A stretch of 64,000 nt of DNA, taken from positions 1 to 64,000 of the forward strand of contig JBGANF010000033.1 of assembly GCA_044222475.1 (NCBI GenBank), written 5' to 3'. The position numbers were made by a program, and so were the translations under genes. This DNA comes from Polyangiaceae bacterium (GTDB lineage Bacteria; Myxococcota_A; Polyangia; Polyangiales; Polyangiaceae). Of the stretch, positions 47,532 through 55,833 are shown piece after piece (within the stretch, counting starts at the first letter, position 1; each line of letters opens with the position of its first letter). The notes below the pieces were generated by a model. That model worked only from the letters and a program-made list of their open reading frames with translations, was not told the origin of the DNA and did not search any database.

Positions 47532-49229
47532 TCATCGGTTTCGCTTGCGCCGCGCTCGGCGGACGAGCGCGACGAGCGCGAACGCTCCGCCGCCGAGGAC
47601 GGCGAGGCCGCCGCCGTCGGTGCTCGCGGTCGCGCAGCCAAAGCACCCCTTGCTCGTCGGCGCGCCGCTCGCGCTTTGGGTGGGCGTCGCGGAGCCGGAT
47701 GCGGACGGCGCTGGCGCGAGGTCGGTCGGTGGCTGCCCTCCGGCGACGCCGGGGACGTCCGACCGGACGAAGCTTGCAAGTTGCATGTTTCCCCGCCGCG
47801 CGTAGGCGAGGTTCTTGGCCGGAGTCGGCTTCTGGGCCGGGCTCGTGCCCGCGCCGCCGTCGGCCGGCCACGGTCCGCCCCATCGATCGCGTTCGGGATG
47901 GTCGCAGAGGATCGGTCCAGTCCATCGATGGCGGATCACGTAGCGCGCTTGGAAGTTGTTCGAGTAGGACTGCGTGGCTCCGTAGCGATCGGACTTCCCT
48001 CCGTCGTCCCGAACGTACGGGAAGCCCTCGCGACCGCCTTCGATCGCCGTCGCCTCCTTGAACACCACGTCTTCGCCGAGCGCTTCCTTCGTGTAACGCA
48101 GGTGGAGTCGGGTGAGCACGTAGCCTTCGACGCCACCGTAGTAGCCGCCGAACCCGCCGCTCGCGCCGCTGCCGCCGCCTCCGGCGCGGGTGCCGAGGTT
48201 ACCGAGACCGATTCCATCCCTGTGGCCCATCACCGGCGTGGGCATCACGTCTCCGCCCAGGGTCGCGACTTGCTGCGCGTCGAGAGGTGGGGTCGGGCAG
48301 GGATCGCACGAACCGGCGTCCCACGAGTACTCGGTGACGACCGCCTTCGGATGCTTCGCGAGCGTGTCGTCGAACAGCGCCGCGTAGAACGGCGCGAAGT
48401 CGGTGCGGGTCGCGTCGCTCACGTCGAAGTTCGTCGGGATGGTGACGTTCGGGTAGTTGGCCGCCTCGTAGCGTTTGCCCTTGCCGATGATGTGGACGAT
48501 GAGGTCCTGCGTGCCCGACGAGTTCAGGAGGCCGAGCCGCACCGGGAGGGAGAACGTTTCGCTGTCGTAGTGGAAGCGCAGCGGCGAGAGCGTCGCGCGT
48601 CCGCCCTCGAACGTCACCTTCGTCGGGTCGACCTTGGCGACGAAGAACTTGCTCCCGGCCGCGACGTATGGGCGCAGCACCGGCTCCGCGCCTTCGGGGA
48701 TCGAGTACTTCTCTTGCTTGAGCCAGGTGTCGAGGCCGGTCGAGTTCTCTGCGGACAGGATCACGATCTCGTACTCGCCTACGGTGAACTGGGCTTCGAC
48801 CTTGACGCCCAGTCCGACGCCGTCGCCCGCTCCGCCGCCCCCGGCTCCGGCTCCCCGAAGGCCGAGGCCTCCGGCTCCGAATCCGATGCCCCACCCCGGC
48901 GAGCACGGGTCCTGCTCCCAGTACTCGACGAGCCGCGGGGCATCGAGCTCCTCGATCTTCGTGAAGACGTTCTTCGGCAGAGTCTTCACGTTCTCCTTCT
49001 TGAGGACGACCGGCACCGGGACGACCATCGCGAACTTCTCGGGGGGGCCCTTGTAGTCGTTCTGCATCGACAGCGCGGTCCGCGTGCCCTCGCGCATGAG
49101 CACGACCTGCGTCGCGTCGTTGGCGAGCTTCTCGTTCGAGCCGCTCACGTAGAAGCCGCAGAACGCGCTCGCGGCGCGGGCGCTCGTCACGAGCACGGCC
49201 GTGGCGATCGTGATCGTCGCTAGTCTCAT
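47532..49229 (-). CDS. DUF2330-like surface protein with MYXO-CTERM-like tail (copy 2), Gly-rich inserts
   Basis: Same scaffold; tail KGCFGC-TM-RRARRKR. Confidence 0.85.
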   Translation of the reverse strand: MRLATITIATAVLVTSARAASAFCGFYVSGSNEKLANDATQVVLMREGTRTALSMQNDYKGPPEKFAMVVPVPVVLKKENVKTLPKNVFTKIEELDAPRLVEYWEQDPCSPGWGIGFGAGGLGLRGAGAGGGGAGDGVGLGVKVEAQFTVGEYEIVILSAENSTGLDTWLKQEKYSIPEGAEPVLRPYVAAGSKFFVAKVDPTKVTFEGGRATLSPLRFHYDSETFSLPVRLGLLNSSGTQDLIVHIIGKGKRYEAANYPNVTIPTNFDVSDATRTDFAPFYAALFDDTLAKHPKAVVTEYSWDAGSCDPCPTPPLDAQQVATLGGDVMPTPVMGHRDGIGLGNLGTRAGGGGSGASGGFGGYYGGVEGYVLTRLHLRYTKEALGEDVVFKEATAIEGGREGFPYVRDDGGKSDRYGATQSYSNNFQARYVIRHRWTGPILCDHPERDRWGGPWPADGGAGTSPAQKPTPAKNLAYARRGNMQLASFVRSDVPGVAGGQPPTDLAPAPSASGSATPTQSASGAPTSKGCFGCATASTDGGGLAVLGGGAFALVALVRRARRKRNR

Positions 49230-49232
49230 CGC

Positions 49233-51149
49233 TCAACCCCTTCGTTTCTTCGTGGACCGCCGAAAGCGCGCGAGCGCGAGTGCGCCGAGCGCGAGCACAG
49301 GCGCGAGGCTAGCACCGTCGGTCTCGCCGACGGCACACGACCCGCAACCGCCGCTCTTCGCGCCGCCTGCCGCCGCGCTCGACGCGGGAGCAGCGGAAGC
49401 GCTCGCCGCCGGCGCCGCGGACGCGCTCGGGGCCGGTGTGATCGCGACCGCGAGCTCGGCCGCTGCCCCCTTCGTGAGGAAGCTCGTGAACTGGACGTCG
49501 TCGCGCTTCGCGAAGGCCAGCTTCGTCGCCGTCTGCGTGCCCTCGGTCGCACCGGCGTCGGGCCAGGGGCCGCCCCATCGACCTCGTACCGGATTGGGAC
49601 AAGAGACCGCGCCCTCCCACTTGTGTCGAATCACGTAGCGCGACTGGAAGTTGTTCGTCGTGTCGGGCCGGGCGCCCCGCTCGAGCTCCGTGCCACCGTC
49701 GGCCCGCGCCTGCTGCCACTCGCGTCCACCGACGATCGGATCGGCGACCTTGAACACGAGGTCGTCGCTGAGCTGAGCTTTGTCGTATCGAAGGTGGAGG
49801 CGCGTGAGCGTCATCCCGGTCGAGAACGACGAGAGCCCAGCGACGAAGTCGAGCTTCGCGGTCACGCGGGCGGTCGTCGTCGGAGCGGGGAACGCGAGGC
49901 TCCCCACGCGGTCCTCGATGCACTTCTTGGCTTTGGGATCCGCCGCGGCAGCGCCGGTGACGGTCGCGCCGGACGCCTTTCCGCTCGTCTCGATCGTGAA
50001 CGCGACGTTCGCTTGCTCGCCCTTGGTCGAGCACGCGCCGAGGGTCGCCATCGATCGGCGGAGGACGCGCTCGATCGCTTCGGCCGGTACGCCGCCGCTG
50101 ACGGTGACCCCCGACGTGCGGGCGCTGAGCGGGCCCGCCCCACCGGTCACGTCGCCGCCGAGCGTGGCGATGTCGGACGCGTTGAGCGTCGGGCCGGGGC
50201 ACGGATCGCACGAGGCCGCGTCCCACGAGTACTCGGTGACGACGGTCTTCGGGTGCTGCGTGCTCACGTGATCGAACAGCGTCGCGTAGAACGACGCGAA
50301 CTGGCCCTTGGTGGTAGGCTCGACGTCGAGGTTCGTCGGCATCGTGAGGTTCGCGTAGTTCGCGGCTTCGTAGCGCTGCTGCCGTCCCAGGATGTGGACG
50401 ATGAGGTCCTGCTTGCCGGTCGCGTTGAGGAGTCCGAGGCGAACCGGGAGCGAGAACGTCTCGGCGTCGTAGTGGAAGCGCAGCGGCGAAAGCGCGGCGT
50501 GACCGTCTTCGAACTTCAGCTTCGTCGCGTCGACCTTGGCGACGAAGAACTTCATCCCGGCGGTGACGTACGGCCGGAGCAGCGGCTCGGCGCCGTCCGG
50601 GATGTGGTACTTGTTCGCCTTCAGCCACCCGTCGAGCGCGGACGAATCGGTCGCCGAGAGGATCACGATCTCGTATTCGCCGACCGTGAACTGCGCCTCC
50701 ACCGTGACGTGTCCGGCGCCGAACCCTTGGCCGTTTCCCATCCCCGAGCCGTGGCCGAGCGTACCGATGTTCCCGAGCCCGATGCTCTCCGGATACGCGG
50801 GCGCGCACGGATCCTGCTCCCAGTACTCGACGAGGCGCGGCGCATCGAGCCGCTCGACCTTGTCGAGGAGGGGCTTGGGCAGCGTCTTCACCTGATCCTT
50901 CTGCAGGACGACCGGCACCGGGACGACCATCGCGAAGTGGTCCGGCGGGCCGCGGTAGTCGTTCTGCATCGAAAGGACGGTCTTCGTCCCCGATCGCATG
51001 AGCACGACCTGGGTCGCGTCGTTGGCCAAGGTCTTTCCGCCTTCGTCCACGTAGAAACCGCAGAACGCATGGGTCGTGTGGGTGGACGTGAGCGCCGCGG
51101 CGAGGGCCAAGACGCCGCCGAAAATCGGGACCAAAGATGTTCGTCGCAT
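49233..51149 (-). CDS. DUF2330-like surface protein with inserted AgmX/PglI-C-like domain and MYXO-CTERM-like tail (copy 1)
   Basis: Same scaffold; ~100-aa insert VSGGVPAEAIERVLRR..GAC..VAFTIETSG..KCI..LAFPAP; tail GGCGSC-TM-RR. Start may be 51179. Confidence 0.85.
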   Translation of the reverse strand: MRRTSLVPIFGGVLALAAALTSTHTTHAFCGFYVDEGGKTLANDATQVVLMRSGTKTVLSMQNDYRGPPDHFAMVVPVPVVLQKDQVKTLPKPLLDKVERLDAPRLVEYWEQDPCAPAYPESIGLGNIGTLGHGSGMGNGQGFGAGHVTVEAQFTVGEYEIVILSATDSSALDGWLKANKYHIPDGAEPLLRPYVTAGMKFFVAKVDATKLKFEDGHAALSPLRFHYDAETFSLPVRLGLLNATGKQDLIVHILGRQQRYEAANYANLTMPTNLDVEPTTKGQFASFYATLFDHVSTQHPKTVVTEYSWDAASCDPCPGPTLNASDIATLGGDVTGGAGPLSARTSGVTVSGGVPAEAIERVLRRSMATLGACSTKGEQANVAFTIETSGKASGATVTGAAAADPKAKKCIEDRVGSLAFPAPTTTARVTAKLDFVAGLSSFSTGMTLTRLHLRYDKAQLSDDLVFKVADPIVGGREWQQARADGGTELERGARPDTTNNFQSRYVIRHKWEGAVSCPNPVRGRWGGPWPDAGATEGTQTATKLAFAKRDDVQFTSFLTKGAAAELAVAITPAPSASAAPAASASAAPASSAAAGGAKSGGCGSCAVGETDGASLAPVLALGALALARFRRSTKKRRG

Positions 51150-51271
51150 CGAGGTTCTTGTTCCAGTGGTTCGAGACATGAGCGCGCCCGGAAGGTTCCG
51201 GGAAGAGCGAGCGTTCGCCTAGCGTACTCCGGAGGGGGATCGTTCGTCCTGGCGCTGCAACTGGAGGGACC

Positions 51272-52906
51272 GTGAGTCGAAAGTTGGTCTTGGGGGGTGT
51301 GGTCTTGGCGGTCGTCGCCGCCGGCGGCATCACGACCGCGGTCTTCGCCGTTCGTGCCCACCGCCAGAAGGTCGCGACGGAAGCGCTGAGCAAAGTCGCG
51401 AGCGAGCTCGCTGCGTGCACCGTCGGCGATCCGATGCCGACCGATCTCGCCACGGCGATCACCGGAGTGCGCCTGGCCGAAGAGGCCGCGGCGGACACCG
51501 CGCCGCCCGGCACGGTGGCGTGGCCCCAGCGGTGCGCCGACTACACCGACGAGGTGCAGGCCGCGTACGAGCGCGCCTACGCGGCCGGCGCGGCGACGAA
51601 GTGGGTCCCAGTGACGGCGATCAAGTCCGAGCTGCAGAACGGATCGACGCAGCACCTCGCCGAGGTGCTCGAGGCGCTTCGGCCGTTCGTGACGCAAAAG
51701 GCTTCGCCGAAGGTTCCGCGCCCGCAGCGGCCGATGGCCGGCGGCGCGCTGATGTCGTCGTTCACGCCGCTCTACCGTCGCGCGATTGGCGCCACGGTGA
51801 GCGACGTGGAGCCCGTCGACGGCGAGCTGCACCTGACGCTGAGCGACGCGGGCGGCCTCTCGTCGTGCGTGCTCGACGGCTCGAGCTTCGCGGTCCAGTG
51901 CACCTCGATCGCGAGCGACGCGACCGGCGTCGTCCAGTTCGCGAAGGGCGGGCGGCCGCTCTTCTGGCGAACGATCTCCAGCGACGAGTCGGAGATCGCG
52001 AAGATCACCGACGCGAGCGGCAAGCTCGTCTTCCAGCCGCCCAGCTACAGCTACGGGTACACCTTCGCCGACGGGCGGATCGGCGTCATCACGACCGGCT
52101 CGGAGGACTGGGAGAACTATCAGCCGGCGCTCGTCGTTCGAAGCGCCGGTGGCGCCATGAGCAAGGTCGCCTCCGACGTGTCCCTTTCTGGTACGCCGCG
52201 GGTGAGCGGCGGTTACATCCTGTGGAAGGACGTCGACTACGAGCACCCCGCCGACCCGGCGAAGGTGAAGGCGCGAAGCCTCGGCGGCGGGGCGACGATC
52301 ACCGCCGGACCGGTCGACCGCCGGCCGTCGGGAACCGGTCACTCGAGCGGCCACTGCCAGACGCCGACGCATCTCTTCGTCGACATGAGCCCGGTGATCG
52401 CGGTGCGCACGCCGGACGGCAAGTGGACGGTGGTGAAGCAGGAGGCGCGCCCCGACGACGCGCAGCGCACGTTGAGCTGCGAGGGATCGACGCTGCGGAT
52501 CCTCGATTGGTCGTCGTCGTCGCTGCGCGTGCAGGACTGCGACTCGACGGCGTGCGCTTCGAAGAGCGCGACGCTGAGCGTGCCCGACACGGCGCTCGCG
52601 GCGTCGATGGGGCCGGACGACTTCGTCGTGGTGTGGCCGAAGACGCAGGGGCTCTTCGGGATCCGAGGATCGCTGACCGGGCTCCCGACCGCGCCGGTGG
52701 TCGCGTTCGCGACGGCGGATCAGAAGGAGCAAGCGGCGTTCGCTCAGGTCGGCGGGTTGCTCGCGAAGCGGACCTTCGCCGACGTGGCAGCGGTGCAGAG
52801 CGTGGCGGGCGGGGCGATCCTGTTCGCGACGATCACCGGGAAGACCTACGCGATCGGGATCAAGCGGGATGGCACCGTGACGTCGATCGCGGATCCCCAG
52901 CCCTGA
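51272..52906 (+). CDS. Hypothetical membrane-anchored/secreted protein (paralog of 56889-58493)
   Basis: N-terminal TM; shares WPxRC..Y, YGYxFxDGRI, ILWK..PAKVxA, GPVxRR..GxC.T..HxFVDxSP with 56889-58493. Confidence 0.75.
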   Translation: MSRKLVLGGVVLAVVAAGGITTAVFAVRAHRQKVATEALSKVASELAACTVGDPMPTDLATAITGVRLAEEAAADTAPPGTVAWPQRCADYTDEVQAAYERAYAAGAATKWVPVTAIKSELQNGSTQHLAEVLEALRPFVTQKASPKVPRPQRPMAGGALMSSFTPLYRRAIGATVSDVEPVDGELHLTLSDAGGLSSCVLDGSSFAVQCTSIASDATGVVQFAKGGRPLFWRTISSDESEIAKITDASGKLVFQPPSYSYGYTFADGRIGVITTGSEDWENYQPALVVRSAGGAMSKVASDVSLSGTPRVSGGYILWKDVDYEHPADPAKVKARSLGGGATITAGPVDRRPSGTGHSSGHCQTPTHLFVDMSPVIAVRTPDGKWTVVKQEARPDDAQRTLSCEGSTLRILDWSSSSLRVQDCDSTACASKSATLSVPDTALAASMGPDDFVVVWPKTQGLFGIRGSLTGLPTAPVVAFATADQKEQAAFAQVGGLLAKRTFADVAAVQSVAGGAILFATITGKTYAIGIKRDGTVTSIADPQP

Positions 52907-52908
52907 AA

Positions 52909-52950
52909 GGAAAACGCCCTGTCCCGAGTTGGGACAAGGGCGTTCTCTCC
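52909..52950. terminator. Hairpin between convergent genes (probable terminator)
   Basis: aacgccctgtccc-gagtt-gggacaagggcgtt with a one-base bulge. Confidence 0.6.
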
Positions 52951-52967
52951 TGTCGACCGAATCAACC

Positions 52968-53216
52968 TCAGGGAGGCGCGGTACCCGGGGTGCCGGGGCT
53001 TCCGCCGCCGGCCGGGTCGCTGATCATCGCGGTGGCGAGGGTTTTTATCTGGCCTGAGAGGTCGATGATGTTGTTGAGCGCTGCGAGCTGCTCGGGAACG
53101 TTGGGCGGTCCCGGTGGCTTCTGTCCGTCGACGCGCTTGAGGGTGTTGTTGGCGAGCGTCAGCGCGCCGACGATGGCGGTGAGCTCGAGCTGAATGACTC
53201 GCGGATCGGTGGGCAT
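52968..53216 (-). CDS. Small hypothetical protein (82 aa)
   Basis: GGAG RBS before the ATG; MPTDPRVIQLELTAIVGALTLANNTL...; composition unlike shadow ORFs. Confidence 0.6.
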   Translation of the reverse strand: MPTDPRVIQLELTAIVGALTLANNTLKRVDGQKPPGPPNVPEQLAALNNIIDLSGQIKTLATAMISDPAGGGSPGTPGTAPP

Positions 53217-53310
53217 GGGTTTTCTCCGTTCGAAGTTGAAACTGCGAGCTCGCCCCCCGTAAACGACCCTGGACCGGCGAGCGGTGAGGGATGGTACGCT
53301 CAATCGCGGA

Positions 53311-55767
53311 ATGGGGAGGAGCAATCCTAGCGGTGGCGGCGGAACGTCCGGAATCGAGGCCGAGACGGCATTGCCGGTGGAGGGAACGCTCGAGTCGGCC
53401 GGCGAGCGGCGGCCCGACAGCAAAGCCCAGATTGGTACCGCCGAGACTCTGCCTCCGCCTCCGATGGCGGAGCCCGCCTTGGATCGGTACGTCCTCGTCC
53501 GCGAGCTCGGCCGAGGAGGCATGGGCCGCGTCGATGAGGTCTACGACTCCGCGCTCGGCCGCGCGGTCGCGCGCAAAGCCTCGCTCGTCGTCGCCTCGGA
53601 CGTGCGAGCGAAGATGCTGATCGCCGAGGCTCAGACATGCGCCCAGCTCGAGCATCCCTCGATCGTCCCGGTGTACGACGCCGGGACCGACGTCAGCGGC
53701 CAGCCCTACTACACGATGCGCAACGTGCGCGGTCGCACGCTCGGCCAGGTGCTCGAGGACAACAAGACCGGCAGCGGGGAACGGAAGACCCTCGCCCAGC
53801 TCCTCGCGATCTTCCGCCAGGTCTGCCTCGCCGTCGACTACGCGCACAGCCGCGGCGTCGTGCATCGCGACCTGAAGCCCGACAACGTCATCGTGGGCGA
53901 ATTTGGTGAGGTCTACATCCTCGACTGGGGCATTGCCCATGTGATGGGCGGAAGCGACGTCCGCCGCGCCGAGCTCGAAGCGTTCGTGGCGGGCAGTCCG
54001 GGCTACATCGCTCCCGAGCAGGCGTTGGGAGGCGAGATCGACGGGCGCGCCGACATCTTCGCCCTCGGCGCGATCCTTCACGAGATCCTGACGGGTCGAG
54101 TCCCGTTCGAAGACACCGATTTTCGGAGTGTGCGCCTTCGCGCTTCTTCCCGGCTCACCGTGGCTCCGAGTCAACGGGTCCCCACGGTCTCCCCGTCGTT
54201 CGACTCGCTAGTGGCGTTCTGTCTAGAACCAGACCCCGCGGATCGTTTGGCATCGGCGCGCCTCATCGCCGACGCCATCGACGTGTACCTCGATGGCGAG
54301 CGCGAACGCGTCGAGCGCGAGCGAGATGCCGAGCGGTACTCGGCTGAAGGGATCGCCGCACGGGACGCTTTCTTGGCTCTCGATCGCGAGAGCCAGCGGC
54401 TCGGCGCTACGGCACGCAAGGAACTTGCAGCCATTCCGCGATGGGAGACGGCGAGCGCAAAGGCTGCGGCATGGCGACGGTTGGGGGAAGCGCGCGCGAT
54501 GGCCGCGGAAGCCGCACACGCACTTGCACGGGCCGAGGCTGCATTCGGTCGCGCGCTCGCTCGGGTCGAAGGCTACCCCGCGGCCCGCAAAGGTCTTGCT
54601 CTGCTCTACTACCGGCAGTTCGAGGAGGCTGAGACGAGGCGAGAGTCGGAGCGAATGGTGCAGTATCTGGACCTCGCCCGAGCCTATGACGACGGCGACT
54701 TGCGTCTCGAGCTCGCGGACTCGGGCGAGCTCACGGTCGCGGTGGACAGGCCTGACGTCGCAGTCAGCATTGCGAGGTACGAAGCCCAAGGCGGCCTGTC
54801 ATCCCTTCAAGCCGAACAGCGCCTCGACGTTGGTGCGAATGCTCCACTTCTTCTGGCGGCAGGCTCATACCTGGTGTTCGTTCGGCGAGCGAGCCACGTA
54901 GTCCGCTACCCGGTGAGAATCGAGCGCGCGCAACGACACTGCTTGAGTCTTGCCTTCCACGACCTCGCTGCACCGGACATCGTCTTGATCCCGGGCGGAC
55001 CATTTCGCACTGCGGACAACGCAACGGAACGACTTACCGACTTCGGGCTCGCCCGCTTCCCGACCACCCTGCGGCAATACACGGCGTTCTTGGACGCGAT
55101 CGAGGATCCTCGCGAACGCACACGGCGCATGCCTCGGGCGACGACGAGCGAGACGCCTGGGATCGTCCGCACGGAGCGCGGGTGGGAACTTGCGGACGGC
55201 GAAATCGAGGGCCCCGCCCTAAGGCGGGTTCGGGGCCGGGAGATGGACCTGCCCGTAGCCGACATCTCGTTTTACGACGCCCTCGCGTACGTCCAGTGGC
55301 TGCGGAGATCGACGGGCCTACCGTTTCGCCTGCCTACCGATCTCGAGTGGGAGAAGGCGATGCGTGGCGCCGATGGGCGCAGTTTTCCGATGGGCAATTC
55401 GATCGACCCCGCGTTTGCAAAGCTTCGCGAGTCTCGCCCAGAGGCATCTCAGCCCGAGCCGGTTGGGGCATTCCCGCTCGATGAATCACCCTACGGAGTT
55501 CGCGACCTCGCAGGCGGTGTCGGCGATTGGACTTCGACGATGGTCGACGGAGGTGAGCCGCCATCGCTCGCAGACGAAGGTACGACGGCTGATCATCGCG
55601 AAGCCGTCTGGCGCGGCGGATGTTGGAGCATGTCGTTCACCCTGGATCCGGCGATGCGCTACACCCAAATGCTCCGCCATCGGGTCGGTTGGGTCGGCTT
55701 CCGCGTCGCTCTCTCCCTCGACGGGCCCAGCTCCGACTTGATCGTCGAGCCCATGCGGCGCGGCTAG
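53311..55767 (+). CDS. Ser/Thr kinase fused to an FGE-sulfatase (SUMF1/EgtB-like) domain
   Basis: LGRGGMGRV, HRDLKPDN, DWG, GSPGYIAPEQ; IPGGPF, LPTDLEWEKAMRG, SPYGVRDLAGGVGDW, RGG.W, VGFRVA. Confidence 0.88.
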   Translation: MGRSNPSGGGGTSGIEAETALPVEGTLESAGERRPDSKAQIGTAETLPPPPMAEPALDRYVLVRELGRGGMGRVDEVYDSALGRAVARKASLVVASDVRAKMLIAEAQTCAQLEHPSIVPVYDAGTDVSGQPYYTMRNVRGRTLGQVLEDNKTGSGERKTLAQLLAIFRQVCLAVDYAHSRGVVHRDLKPDNVIVGEFGEVYILDWGIAHVMGGSDVRRAELEAFVAGSPGYIAPEQALGGEIDGRADIFALGAILHEILTGRVPFEDTDFRSVRLRASSRLTVAPSQRVPTVSPSFDSLVAFCLEPDPADRLASARLIADAIDVYLDGERERVERERDAERYSAEGIAARDAFLALDRESQRLGATARKELAAIPRWETASAKAAAWRRLGEARAMAAEAAHALARAEAAFGRALARVEGYPAARKGLALLYYRQFEEAETRRESERMVQYLDLARAYDDGDLRLELADSGELTVAVDRPDVAVSIARYEAQGGLSSLQAEQRLDVGANAPLLLAAGSYLVFVRRASHVVRYPVRIERAQRHCLSLAFHDLAAPDIVLIPGGPFRTADNATERLTDFGLARFPTTLRQYTAFLDAIEDPRERTRRMPRATTSETPGIVRTERGWELADGEIEGPALRRVRGREMDLPVADISFYDALAYVQWLRRSTGLPFRLPTDLEWEKAMRGADGRSFPMGNSIDPAFAKLRESRPEASQPEPVGAFPLDESPYGVRDLAGGVGDWTSTMVDGGEPPSLADEGTTADHREAVWRGGCWSMSFTLDPAMRYTQMLRHRVGWVGFRVALSLDGPSSDLIVEPMRRG

Positions 55768-55833
55768 CACCGTCTTGGCACCGTAAGGTTTCCTCTTCGC
55801 GGCCGCGCGTTTACACCCTAACCTGACGAGTCG

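Noticed and set aside
44337..51149. Repeated DNA blocks as a CRISPR array or DGR template/variable repeats
   Set aside because: The repeats are conserved coding motifs of four full-length paralogs, with no regular repeat-spacer period and no adenine-specific mismatch pattern.
54960..55767. C-terminal FGE-sulfatase (CLec-fold) domain as a diversity-generating retroelement target
   Set aside because: No reverse transcriptase in the window, and I found no second copy of the 3' region differing at adenines. A remote DGR cannot be excluded, but nothing here supports one.
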